Assembly: GCA_963751345.1 (NCBI GenBank)
Contig: CAVVUS010000034.1
Location: 26,963-90,962, forward strand
Direction: 5' to 3'
Source: an uncultured Chloroflexia bacterium
Lineage (GTDB): Bacteria > Chloroflexota > Anaerolineae > B4-G1 > SLSP01
Length of the DNA: 64,000 nt
This document shows positions 31,546 to 41,666 of this stretch, piece by piece (position 1 is the stretch's first letter; each line of letters opens with the position of its first letter). The notes beneath the pieces were generated by a model, which saw only the letters and a program-made list of their open reading frames with translations, had not been told where the DNA came from and did not search any database. Both the position numbers and the translations under genes were made by a program.

Positions 31546-31653
31546 AAGGCGGGCCTCTCAGGACAGGGCAAACAGGCAAGCCGCTACGATGGGGCTGCTA
31601 AGTCAGTCGGAGTATCCGACTACCCGGATAAGTTCTGAGAGGTCTTTCTTTGT
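31546..31653 (+). ncRNA. Candidate small structured RNA of about 105 nt; family not recognised
   Basis: Directly after the promoter; ends pair (gcctctcagga / ttctgagaggt) and are followed by ctttctttgt; internal hairpin agtcgga-gta-tccgact. Confidence 0.5.
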
Positions 31654-33510
31654 CTAGGGCACAGCAGGCGTATCGCAAACTCCGCAGATCACGACGAGCG
31701 GCAGATAGAACCGGTGGTCCAGGTCGGCGATAGGGTCAAGCACGACATCCAGCGTGGTCGTCGTTCCGGCGCTCACAGAAATACCCTCTGAAATGACGGG
31801 GGTGTACCCCAAGAGTGATGCCGTGACGGTGTAAGTCCCCGAAACCAGCGACAGCGAATAGAGTCCTTCGGTGCCGGAGAGTGTCTCCAACACGTCGCCT
31901 TGGGCCGACGATGCCTGGACCACAGCGCCGTTCAGCGCATTTCCCTGCTGATTGCTCACGTGCCCCGCCAACGTCCCCATCAGGGCGCTCCCCACGGCGG
32001 TCAGAGCATCCACCCGCCCCCATCCGTAGACGTTGTTGGGAACTGCACCGGCGGCATCCCCGCACAGCGGAGACGTGCGCGTCACCGCGGTCGCGTTGAG
32101 CAAGGCCTCGATCGCCGCGGGCTGGCCCCGGAGATCCGGCCTCGCTGACAGAAGCAGCGCCACCGCGCCGGCGACGTGCGGTGAGGCCATCGACGTGCCA
32201 CTCTTGTAACCGTACAGGCCGCCGGGCAGACTCGATCGAACGTTGACGCCTGGCGCGGTGATATCCGGTTTCGTCAGGCCGGTCGTCGTGCCCCGGCTGC
32301 TGAAAGACGCAATCGTGTCGCTGGCATCGGTCGCCCCAATCGTGTAGGTCGCATCATACATTCCGGGCGGAGCAGCGACGGTGCCGCAAGCCGGACCCGT
32401 GTTTCCGGCCGAGGCAACGACCAGAATGCCCGCGGCCCGGACCGCATTCACCGTCTGCTCCAGCAGCGCGATGTGGTCCGCATCGCAGCCTTCGGATGGC
32501 GGGCAGCTCCACGAGTTGCTGATCACGTCAGGCGCCAGAGTAGCGTCGCGCATCGTGGTATCATTGCCGACCGGATACGGTGCCAGGAAGAACTCAAAAC
32601 ACTCGATATAGCTCGCGGGGGTGCCGACCCCCTGCAGCATATTGCGGCAGCCGATCCACTCGGCGCCGGGGGCAACGCCGATCTGGTTGCCCGCGCCGTC
32701 ATCTCCCACCATGGTGCCCATCGTATGGGTGCCGTGGCCATCATCATCACACGGCACCGGACTGTCCGGCGGGCAGACGCCGCCGATCGTGTGAATAGCG
32801 TCGTGCCAGTTGTAATCGTGGCTCGCCGACACGCCATCCCACCCGCGATACTGGGCCTTCAACGCCGGATGATCCCATTGGTACCCGGTATCTTGCCCGG
32901 CCACCACGACACCCTCGCCGTGGAACCCCAGGTCCCAAACCTGCGGGGCACCGATCTGCTGAACGCCCCACTCGACGGCATCTGCCGCTTGCGGCCCCGG
33001 CGCGAGATCGCGCGGCGTGGACGGTGGCAGGTCAGACGACACGCGGGGATTCGTCATCACCCGGCCCACTTCCGGGCGGCGGGCAAGCTCGGTAAGCAAA
33101 GCACGGTCGCCACGAACGAGCATCGCGTTGACGATATAGTACGATCGGTAGGTGATGCCACGACCGTCGAGCCAGGCCCGGAGGGCTTGCTGCGACGTCT
33201 GCGCCGTGGCGTACAGAGCGTCTGAGACGGCAGTACGATCGGGCGTCCTGGTCGTCTGCGTCGAGACGGTCTCCAGCGCGACTTGCTCCCGCAGCACGAC
33301 GAGCAGCTCGGTCGACGCGCCGCTTTCCGTCTCCAGCCAGGCCTCGCCGGTGACCGCGGCCGGCCGCCCCGGATCCGCTTTCAGGGCAGATTGCCATCCC
33401 TCCTGCGCTCGAACGGCGCCAAGTGGGGCGCAGAGCAAGGCACAGAGAAGCGCCGAGAGCAGGACACGGCGCAGGCCGTGTCTCAACGTGGTCGAGCGTC
33501 GTTCGGTCAT
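31654..33510 (-). CDS. Secreted S8 subtilisin-like serine peptidase (bacillopeptidase F-like) with a carboxypeptidase-regulatory-like domain and YLPLV tail
   Basis: QDTG, HGTHTMGT, SAGN, GTSMASPHVAG, YGWGRVDA; ends RFYLPLVV. Confidence 0.92.
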   Translation of the reverse strand: MTERRSTTLRHGLRRVLLSALLCALLCAPLGAVRAQEGWQSALKADPGRPAAVTGEAWLETESGASTELLVVLREQVALETVSTQTTRTPDRTAVSDALYATAQTSQQALRAWLDGRGITYRSYYIVNAMLVRGDRALLTELARRPEVGRVMTNPRVSSDLPPSTPRDLAPGPQAADAVEWGVQQIGAPQVWDLGFHGEGVVVAGQDTGYQWDHPALKAQYRGWDGVSASHDYNWHDAIHTIGGVCPPDSPVPCDDDGHGTHTMGTMVGDDGAGNQIGVAPGAEWIGCRNMLQGVGTPASYIECFEFFLAPYPVGNDTTMRDATLAPDVISNSWSCPPSEGCDADHIALLEQTVNAVRAAGILVVASAGNTGPACGTVAAPPGMYDATYTIGATDASDTIASFSSRGTTTGLTKPDITAPGVNVRSSLPGGLYGYKSGTSMASPHVAGAVALLLSARPDLRGQPAAIEALLNATAVTRTSPLCGDAAGAVPNNVYGWGRVDALTAVGSALMGTLAGHVSNQQGNALNGAVVQASSAQGDVLETLSGTEGLYSLSLVSGTYTVTASLLGYTPVISEGISVSAGTTTTLDVVLDPIADLDHRFYLPLVVICGVCDTPAVP

Positions 33511-35142
33511 GGACCACGCACCACAAGGGGCAGGTAAGTCGACGTCCACACCCTGACGAAAGCTGCCGAGAACGGCCCCCAGGCGCCGCCGGCATCCATG
33601 CCCCTGACGAAAACAAGGTGGCGCCCGAATGCTGCTCCTTCGGACGGCACCGTCACGGTGAAGACGGCTCCGGCAGATTCCGCCGCGGTGTCGAAGACAC
33701 CGTCAGTCGCCGACAGTGAGTATGCCACACCTCCTTGCCAGGGCGGCACGTCGAAGTAGGCCTCGGCCCCGGCGATGGTCTGCCCACCGTTCTCCCGGTC
33801 ATCAATCTGTGCCGTAACCGTGACGACAAGCGACGCCGTGGCAAGGTCGGCGTCGGTAGCGACCTGCAGCGCATCGGGACCGGCGGGGGTCAGGTACGGT
33901 GTCCGGGCGACCTTCGCTGCATAGAGAAGCGCGTCCAGATTCGGCTGGACCAAGGCATCGTAGCGGCTGCACAGAGGGATAGAATCCATCCGATGCGCTG
34001 CCAATCTCGAAAGTATAGGCTGCGACGCCCAGTTCGCCGTAAGCGAAGTCATCCGTCGTGCCGGTTGTGGGATAGAGGCCGATCGCCTGCTCAGGGACAT
34101 AACCATTGAACGACGCCAGCTTCTGCCCCAACCGGGCAAGCTGATCGGCATTCGGCGCCGCGTCATAGGTGTGGCCCCAGGGCCAGAGCACCAGATTGCT
34201 GTAGCTGTGGAGTGTGATGAAAATCCCCGTCGCATCGTCGGGCGCCGGCGCATCCGCGGCGGGCAGTCGCTGATCGGGGAACAACGTCCGAATCAACGCC
34301 TCGATGGCCTGCGTCTCCGTCTCCGAGGTCGCAGAAGGGCCCTGATAGGTCTCGCCGCACGGCTCGGGACTCGCGCCACCCCACTGGAAGCTCGAGTTTC
34401 GATTGAGGTCGATCCCAAAGGACGTGCCACCGCATAGGCCGTACGTGGGATTGGCATTCTTGCGCCAGTAAGCCCAGGGCCATCCGGCCTCATTGCGAAT
34501 GTGGCCATCGGGGTTGGCACTCACCATCACCTCGATGCGGTGATGATCGAGCAGCCAGGTTACGTCGGGGTCAATGCCGTAGCCCTCCAGCATGACCTTG
34601 GCAAACTCCAACGCGGTCTCGGACGTGATCAGCTCCCTGCCGTGGATATTGGCCATCAAGAAGAAGACCGGTTTGTCGAGACCCGTCGCCTTGTTGGTGA
34701 GCCGCAGCACGTAGAGCGGGCGATTCTCGTAGCTATCGCCGACGTCTTGTAGCTCCGCCAGCGTGGGATAGGTCATCGCCCAGGTATTGAGCTGGGCATA
34801 GATCTCATCCACCGTATGGTAGCAGGGATACGCAGGGATCGTCGCCGGTTGCGCTGATGCTTGGCTTACAGCCCCGACACCGAAGCCCTGCTCCGCGAGC
34901 CAGGTGGCATCCGCCGGCGTGATCCGCGCGACCACGGTGCCACTTGCGTCGCCACCGGGCACCGCGTAGTGCACTTCCCAGATGTCGAGACGGCCGGCCA
35001 ACTGTGCCAACTCGGATCGCGAGGTGAAAGCGATCGTGACGGTGACATCCCCGCCGGCCAGGACGACCGGGGAGCGCCCGAAGATCAGAAGCACCCATAG
35101 GGCAACGATCATCGAAGTGCGGAACCGCTGCGGATCTTTCAT
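33507..35142 (-). CDS. Secreted M14 carboxypeptidase T-like peptidase with YLPLV tail (frameshift near 33970)
   Basis: IHGRE, NPDGH, WRKN, GIDLNRN, TLHSYS, YTFEIG; ends TYLPLVVRGP. Confidence 0.9.
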
Positions 35143-35233
35143 ACGCCCGCAACCGGGGATTCTACGTGGGATCGAGGAATGTAACCTTCAGCCACACACC
35201 CGGGCAGATCGTGACACCACAAGGCACACCCCG

Positions 35234-35920
35234 CTAGCTTCGGATGGAGCTCAGACGATACCCTACGCCCCGCTCCGTTATCAACTCGAAAGGCGCACGC
35301 GCTTGTGCCAATGCTTTCCGAAGCCAATGAATGTGTACGTCCAGTGTCCGCGTGTCACCCACATAGTCGGTTCCCCAGACCTGTCTCATCAACTCTCCGC
35401 GGGAGATCACCCGGTCCGGCGACTCCAGAAAGGCCAGAGCGAGCGCCGTCTGCTGGGGTGTGAGCGGGATCTGATGCACGCCCCATATGAGGAACCGGTT
35501 CGCGGTGTCCAGACCGAGCCCTTGCCACTCGAAAGTCTCCGACAGGCCCGGCGAGATCGCACGGCTCAAGCGCCGCATAAGCTGCTGACTCGTAAAAGGA
35601 TGGCGGAGGTAGCCATTGGCTCGCGGCATCTGGTCGAGGCGCATGCCCTTTCCCAACAGAAGCAAGGTCGCGACACGCACGGGCAGCTCGTTGAGACTGT
35701 CGTAGAAACGATCGAGGTCGAACCGGATGGAGGGCACATCGATGAGGGCCAAATCAGGGGGGTTCTCTTCGATCTGTTGCAAGGCCTCCCGGCGCAACGA
35801 TACGACCGTCACTTCATAGCGAGGCTCCAGGCTCGGACGTATTCGCCGCTCTACCGACCGCAACGCGACGATGAAGAGGATCCGCTGACGACCCACGATC
35901 TCACTCCTTGATATTGACAC
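35234..35920 (-). CDS. OmpR-type winged-helix regulator with an atypical receiver domain
   Basis: LTPQQ..L, SRGELMRQVWG, RTLDVHIHWLRKAL, ITERGVGYRL. Confidence 0.85.
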   Translation of the reverse strand: MSISRSEIVGRQRILFIVALRSVERRIRPSLEPRYEVTVVSLRREALQQIEENPPDLALIDVPSIRFDLDRFYDSLNELPVRVATLLLLGKGMRLDQMPRANGYLRHPFTSQQLMRRLSRAISPGLSETFEWQGLGLDTANRFLIWGVHQIPLTPQQTALALAFLESPDRVISRGELMRQVWGTDYVGDTRTLDVHIHWLRKALAQARAPFELITERGVGYRLSSIRS

Positions 35921-36032
35921 GTTCCAGATCGGCCGAGGGGTACATTTACAGTATACTGGGGAGCATTATGAAGGCAAACGGCAACATGAGGAGTGTGAGC
36001 CTCCTTGTGCGGCGAATGTGAGGAGTGGATTC

Positions 36033-37530
36033 ATGCATCTTGCATTTCTAAATCCCCAGGGGAACTTTGACCCCGAGGATAGTTATTGGACGGAGAATCC
36101 GGACTTTGGCGGGCAACTCGTCTACGTCAAACAGGTCGCCACCGCGACGGCGCAGCTGGGTCATCGCGTTGACATCCTGACCCGGCGGATCATCGATCCT
36201 CTGTGGCCGGAGTTCGGTGCGGAAGAGAATAGATACGACGACACACCCAATGTGCGCATCCTGCGTCTCCGCGCCGGACCGGACCACTTTCTCCGCAAAG
36301 AACTCCTCTGGCCGCACATCATCAGGGATTGGATACCTAACATCCTGGCCTTCTATGAAGCCGAAGGTCATCTGCCGGCTGCCTTCACAGGGCATTATGC
36401 GGATGGAGGGCTGACCGCCGCACTCATCGAAGATAAGGCGCACGTCCCGTTCACGCTGACTGGGCACTCCCTGGCCGCCCAGAAGATGGACCAGTTGGGC
36501 ATCACGAGGGACAACCTTGCGGAGTTGGACGACCAGTACCGCTTCACCACCCGCTTGATCGCCGAAAGGCTGAGCATGAACCATGCAGCGGTCATCATTG
36601 CCAGCACAGAGCAGGAGCGATTCGAGCAGTACGGGCACCCCGCGTACCGGGGTGCCGTCGATGTGCACGACGATCGCCGTTTTGCCATTATCCCTCCGGG
36701 CGTCGATTTCCAGATCTTCGGATACGACGTCGTGCATCCGGACGAATTGAACGCTCAAGCGCACGTCCGTGCAATGTTGGCCCGCGATTTGGACGCCGAC
36801 CGGCAGGCGCTCCCGGCTATCATCGCTTCCAGCCGTCTGGATCCCAAGAAGAACCAGGTCGGTCTCGTGCGCGCCTATGGACAGACGCCCGAACTCCAGG
36901 CACAAGCGAACCTAGTTCTGTTGACCGGCGCCCTCAACGATCCTCTCCGGGATGGGGCCGAGGCTAGTTCTGTTGAGAGGGAGGTCCTGACCCGGATCCG
37001 TGAGATGGTGGACCGACACCAGCTCTGGGGCAAGATCAGCACTTTCGCCCTTCGCGGCCAATCCGCGCTTGCGGCAGCCTACCGCTTTCTGGCGCGACGA
37101 GGGCTCGGTTTTCGCCCTCACCGCCCTCTACGAACCCTTTGGGCTCGCGCCACTGGAAGCGGCAGCGGCGGGACTCCCCGTCGTGGTGACGGAGAACGGT
37201 GGCCCCAGTGAGAGCCTACGAGAGGGAACGATGGAGTACGGCGTCCTCGTGGACCCGGTAGATCCTGAAGACATCGCACGGGGTCTGCTGCGCCTCCTGA
37301 ACAACCCGGACGTTTGGGCTACCTTTGCGGAGCGTGGACGGCGGCGCGTGCAGGAGCGATATACGTGGGAGCAGACAGCACAGGGATACGTGAGCCTGAT
37401 AGAGCAGATCGTCGCCCATCCGGAGGCCCGCCGCCCGGAGCGACGACTCCCGATCCATCCCTACTTCCGGGATGCTCGACCCGAGCACCGGATCACGCTC
37501 GACGAACTGTGGGCGCTCTATGCCGGGTAA
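36033..37530 (+). CDS. Sucrose-phosphate synthase-like GT4 glycosyltransferase (frameshift near 37082)
   Basis: FLNPQGNF, PDFGGQLVYV, LRKELLWP, HYADGG, TGHSL, SRLDPKKN, YEPFGLAPLEA. Confidence 0.85.
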
Positions 37531-37630
37531 CCAGAAATCGAGCACCCTTTCGGCATGGCGGATCTAGCGCAAAGACCATGGAGAATCTCGGGGATAACCC
37601 GCTTCACCGAAGAGCCCTCTTGTATGGACA

Positions 37631-38842
37631 CTAGGCCCCGGCGCGCTGCCGGCTCAGGCGTGCCAGCAGGGGGGGCAAGAGCTTCGGCCAGTCATAGTCA
37701 CGCGCATAGGCGCGGGCCCGCGCGCTCCATTCGGTGCGTGCCGCCGGATCTGTAGCCAACGCGATGCATGCCACGGCAAAGGCCTCCGGCGTGTCCGCCA
37801 ATACCATGGCCCGTTGCGGTGCGACGAAACCTTCTGCAGCCAACGGGGTGGCGACGATCGCTTTGCCCATCGCCGTCGACTCGAGCAGTTTCAGACGGGT
37901 GCCGCCTCCTACGAGCAGCGGCACGACGTAGACCGAAGCCGCCTGAATGTAAGGGCGGGTGTCAGGCACGTCCCCTGTCACGACAATGCCCGGGAGGTCG
38001 CGCACGCGATCGAGCCGTGGATGCGGTCGCCGGCCTACGATGTAGAACCAGGCGCCGGGCAAGGCCTCGCGGATGCGCGGCCAGGTATGGTCAACAAACC
38101 ACAGCACACCATCCACGTTGGGACGGAAGTCCATCGTGCCCGTGAAGACAAAGGTCGGCTGTGGCAGCGCAGCAGCGCCGTCAAACCGGGCATAGGTCTC
38201 GACGTCGATGCCATTGGGGATCACCAGAGGCTCGACATTTCCCGAGATCGACCGCAACGCTGCAGCATCAGCCTCGGAGACGGCGACTACGACATCCGCA
38301 CGACGGCAGATCTCCGCCTCATACCGGCGCAGCCGCCGCCACTGGATGGAGGAATAGAGCGCCGCAGGCCATCGACGACCGTGCCGCCAGTCCGACCGGG
38401 CCGCGCGTTGCTGCAGCAGATACTCGCAGTTGTGGTCATCAAAGACAATGCCCGATCCCGCTTCCCTGCAGGGCTCAACGTAGGCGGCCAACTCCAGACC
38501 CTCGATCATAGCCCAGTCGAAGGCATCGCTCGCTAACCAGTCATCCAGTTGCCGGCGGAACGGCTCGCTTAGAAGACGCTGGGCGAGATCGGGACCGCGG
38601 GTGGTCACCAAGTCCTTGAGACGATCTGAGAAGTGTCGATCGGGTTGTGGGACGATGGCTACCCGGTCCGCAACCTGCGACAACACGGGGTCAGGCACGA
38701 GCGCCTGATCCGGGGACGCAAATGTAAGCAAGGAAACGGAGTGAGCAGCCGACAATCCCTGGAGGAGCCCCCAGTTGCGTAGTGCCGTCCCCTGCCGCGG
38801 AGGATAGGGAACCTGCGGCGTCAACAGTAGGATGGATGCCAC
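37631..38842 (-). CDS. GT4 family glycosyltransferase
   Basis: PYPPRQG, DDHNCE, IPNGID, FTGTMDFRPNVDG, GGGTRLKLLE. Confidence 0.88.
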   Translation of the reverse strand: MASILLLTPQVPYPPRQGTALRNWGLLQGLSAAHSVSLLTFASPDQALVPDPVLSQVADRVAIVPQPDRHFSDRLKDLVTTRGPDLAQRLLSEPFRRQLDDWLASDAFDWAMIEGLELAAYVEPCREAGSGIVFDDHNCEYLLQQRAARSDWRHGRRWPAALYSSIQWRRLRRYEAEICRRADVVVAVSEADAAALRSISGNVEPLVIPNGIDVETYARFDGAAALPQPTFVFTGTMDFRPNVDGVLWFVDHTWPRIREALPGAWFYIVGRRPHPRLDRVRDLPGIVVTGDVPDTRPYIQAASVYVVPLLVGGGTRLKLLESTAMGKAIVATPLAAEGFVAPQRAMVLADTPEAFAVACIALATDPAARTEWSARARAYARDYDWPKLLPPLLARLSRQRAGA

Positions 38843-38851
38843 GGGTCGAGC

Positions 38852-39376
38852 CTACGTCAGACGCAAGCGCGCGACGGCGGAGCCCACTGCGAGGATGATG
38901 TGCAGGCCCCAGCTCAGCAAGCCCTGGATGCCGAAGAGACTGCCCTGCGTGGCAGCAAGGGATCGCGCCAGACTCGGCAAGAGCACCGGGAGTGCGCCCA
39001 CAACGATGCCCGCGCTTACGATCCACCACAAATGAGGGCCATAGCGACGACCGACCGCTCGCCAGACGATCTCGGAGATCAAGGTGCCGGCGAGGGGCGA
39101 TAGGAAGATCACGAACCACCAGCTACCCAGCAGCGGAAGAATGCTAGCCACGCCGCCCAGGATCACAGACATAACGGCGGCAACCACGTAGTCCGTGGCG
39201 CGAGCCTGGATGAAGCGCTGCTTGCGACCTTTCTGACAATCGGGGCAGATGTAGCCCACCGGGGTGCGACGGGCGCACTTTGGACAGATCGGCGTCCCGC
39301 ACTGATAACAGCGGAGGGTCGTCTCGGTCTTGGGATGCCAATGGCAATAGAGGATTTCGTCAGTCTGCTCGCTCAT
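38852..39376 (-). CDS. B-box-like zinc finger plus membrane domain protein
   Basis: CHWHP..ET.LRCYQCGTPICPKC..TPVGYICPDC, then four hydrophobic segments. Confidence 0.78.
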   Translation of the reverse strand: MSEQTDEILYCHWHPKTETTLRCYQCGTPICPKCARRTPVGYICPDCQKGRKQRFIQARATDYVVAAVMSVILGGVASILPLLGSWWFVIFLSPLAGTLISEIVWRAVGRRYGPHLWWIVSAGIVVGALPVLLPSLARSLAATQGSLFGIQGLLSWGLHIILAVGSAVARLRLT

Positions 39377-40211
39377 GCCAGTCTCCATTGCGGGGGGTCA
39401 GGCGATCGATCAGGGTGTCGTAGAAGTCGTTGCGGCTTCGCAAGCGTAGGAAACGCGCATAGATCGTGCTGCGCTCGACGCGCACGACGTCACCATCCTG
39501 CAGCTCCCCCTCCATTCGGCCATCCACGGACAACATCCCCGGAATCTCCGTCTCCAGCCGCACCTCAATCTTTGCCTCTGCATTGAGGACGAAGGGCCGA
39601 TCGAGGCTCAAGTGCGGCGCAGCCGGGATCAAGACAATGTTCTCCAGCCACGGCGGTAAGATGGGACCGCCGACCGCGTATGCATATGCAGTCGAACCGG
39701 TGGGGGTCGAGAGAATCAGACCGTCGGCGACGTACCGCGTCATAAAGGCGCCATCGATCGAGGTACGGAGCCGGACCGTGCGGGCCAGCGCGCCGCGGCT
39801 GATCACCGCATCGTTCAGCGCGTGCTCTTGTGCTACGCACGCATCGTCTCGACAGAGCATGACGCGGAGCATCATCCGGGCCTCGACGTCGCCCTCGCCC
39901 GCCAGGACACGCAGCAGCGTCGCCTGCCAGGTATCCGGCTGCGTTTCGGTGAGAAAGCCTACACGTCCGAGGTTGATACCGAGGATCGGCGTCCCGGCAG
40001 GCGCGGCGAGCCGAGCTACGCGGAGAATCGAGCCATCCCCGCCCAGGGTCAGCAGCAGGTCGGCACGTTCGTCGATGTCGCCATACTCTGACGTGGAGCA
40101 CTGCCAGGTAGCAACACCTTGTGCAGCCAACCACCCAGCGATCTCCTCAGCCAGGGGCAGAGACCGTTCTACATGGGCATTGTAAACCAGCCCGATCGAG
40201 CTGAAATCCAC
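39360..40211 (-). CDS. nadK: NAD kinase
   Basis: LGGDGS, GINLGRVGFL, LND, DGLILSTPTGSTAY. Confidence 0.95.
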   Translation of the reverse strand: MDFSSIGLVYNAHVERSLPLAEEIAGWLAAQGVATWQCSTSEYGDIDERADLLLTLGGDGSILRVARLAAPAGTPILGINLGRVGFLTETQPDTWQATLLRVLAGEGDVEARMMLRVMLCRDDACVAQEHALNDAVISRGALARTVRLRTSIDGAFMTRYVADGLILSTPTGSTAYAYAVGGPILPPWLENIVLIPAAPHLSLDRPFVLNAEAKIEVRLETEIPGMLSVDGRMEGELQDGDVVRVERSTIYARFLRLRSRNDFYDTLIDRLTPRNGDWHERAD

Positions 40212-40214
40212 TGC

Positions 40215-41483
40215 CTAATCCGCCGCCAGCCGCGCGCGCAAAATCGGGACGATGTCCGCTGCGGGGACATTGGTCTGATCCCCGGTAGCCATATCTCGAA
40301 GCGTGATTTCGCCTCTCTGTAGTTCATCCTCACCCACGATGATCGCAAACCGGGCATCGCGTTTGTTGGCGTGGCGCAGTTGGGCGCGCAGGCTGCCGTG
40401 CATGGCAATCTGTGCCCCAATTCCGGCTGCACGTATCTCGGACATCATCCGCACGGCGAAGGTACGGCTCGCGTCCCCGAGATAGGCCAAATAGACCGGG
40501 GGCTGCGGCAGTGCCGGCACGGCGATCGACTGTGTCTTCATCACGAGCAATGCCCGCTCCATCCCGGCTGCAAAACCGACAGCCGGAGTAGCGGGACCGC
40601 CGAGCAGTTCCGCAAGTCCATCATAGCGTCCACCACCACAGACGGCGGACTGGGCCCCGATGCCCTCCGCCCAGACCTCGAAGACCGTCTTCGTGTAATA
40701 GTCGAGCCCGCGGACCAGGCGATGGTTCAGCGTGTAGGGTTTTCCGAGAGCATCAAGGAAGCCACGCAAATCGAGGAAGTGCTGGCTACACTCCTCGCAG
40801 AGCATATCCGTCATTTTGGGCGCGGATTGTATGACCGGTTGGCACTCAGGCTGCTTGCAGTCGAGGACACGCAGCGGGTTCTGAACGATACGCCGTTGGC
40901 AATCCTCGCAGATCACGTCCATATAGTCAAGATAATACGCCTGCAACGCCTTGATGTAGTCAGGGCGACACTCGGGGCATCCAGTGGAATTGAGTTGGAA
41001 AGAGAGGCGCTGGAATCCCAGCTCCTCGTAGATGTCCCAGGCCAACAGCATGATCTCCAGATCGGCGAGAGGGCTCTGCACGCCGATGATCTCGGCGTTG
41101 AATTGATGGAATTCCCGGTACCGCCCAGCCTGGGGTTCCTCGTATCGAAAGATGGAGCCCATGGAATAGAGCTTCACCGGCTTGGGCAGCACGTGCATCC
41201 CGTTCTCAAGGTAGGCGCGAACCACCCCCGCCGTGAACTCCGGGCGCAGCGTCATATCGCGGTCGCCCTTGTCCTTAAAGGAGTACATCTCCTTGTCGAC
41301 AATGTCCGTCCCCTCACCGACGCCCCGAGCAAAGAGCTCGGTCATCTCAAAGATAGGCACATCAAGACGCTCGAAGCCATAGCTCAGGGCCTGCCTGGCT
41401 ACCACGTTCTTCAAGTGTTCCCAATAGGCCTGATCCTCAGGGAGAATGTCCTGGGTGCCCTTGGGACGGGTGTATTGCGCCAT
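40215..41483 (-). CDS. hisS: Histidine--tRNA ligase
   Basis: PKGTQD, LRPEFTA, FRYEEPQAGRYREFHQ, LVRGLDYYT, GGGRYDGL, GFAAGMER. Confidence 0.97.
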   Translation of the reverse strand: MAQYTRPKGTQDILPEDQAYWEHLKNVVARQALSYGFERLDVPIFEMTELFARGVGEGTDIVDKEMYSFKDKGDRDMTLRPEFTAGVVRAYLENGMHVLPKPVKLYSMGSIFRYEEPQAGRYREFHQFNAEIIGVQSPLADLEIMLLAWDIYEELGFQRLSFQLNSTGCPECRPDYIKALQAYYLDYMDVICEDCQRRIVQNPLRVLDCKQPECQPVIQSAPKMTDMLCEECSQHFLDLRGFLDALGKPYTLNHRLVRGLDYYTKTVFEVWAEGIGAQSAVCGGGRYDGLAELLGGPATPAVGFAAGMERALLVMKTQSIAVPALPQPPVYLAYLGDASRTFAVRMMSEIRAAGIGAQIAMHGSLRAQLRHANKRDARFAIIVGEDELQRGEITLRDMATGDQTNVPAADIVPILRARLAAD

Positions 41484-41521
41484 TATTCCTTACCTCTCAC
41501 CTTTTGTTTACCTGACGCGTC

Positions 41522-41549
41522 ATTATAGGTTATCTCAAAGCGGAGACAA
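41522..41549 (-). promoter_or_regulatory. Putative sigma-70 promoter for hisS
   Basis: TTGTCT-N16-TATAAT on the minus strand. Confidence 0.6.
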
Positions 41550-41638
41550 GCGCACGCGCTTCGCAGAGAAGGCGCCATCGCTTACGCAGACACTTCCTCG
41601 TGCAGGCAGCTGGAAACGTTCCAAGGTTGCCGCAGTAC

Positions 41639-41666
41639 TGGACAGAAACGGCGTTTATGATAGTAT
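41639..41666 (+). promoter_or_regulatory. Putative promoter of the hydrogenase-associated cassette
   Basis: TGGACA-N16-TAGTAT with a TG extension. Confidence 0.4.

Noticed and set aside
31562-31610. c-di-GMP-I (GEMM) riboswitch suggested by acagggcaaac
   Set aside because: No GNRA-capped stem or GACGCAAAGC-like segment follows, and there is no downstream + strand gene.
31538-31657. 39-codon ORF (MKVRRASQ...) over the sRNA candidate
   Set aside because: Its ATG overlaps the -10 box, so it would not be in that transcript, and there is no RBS.
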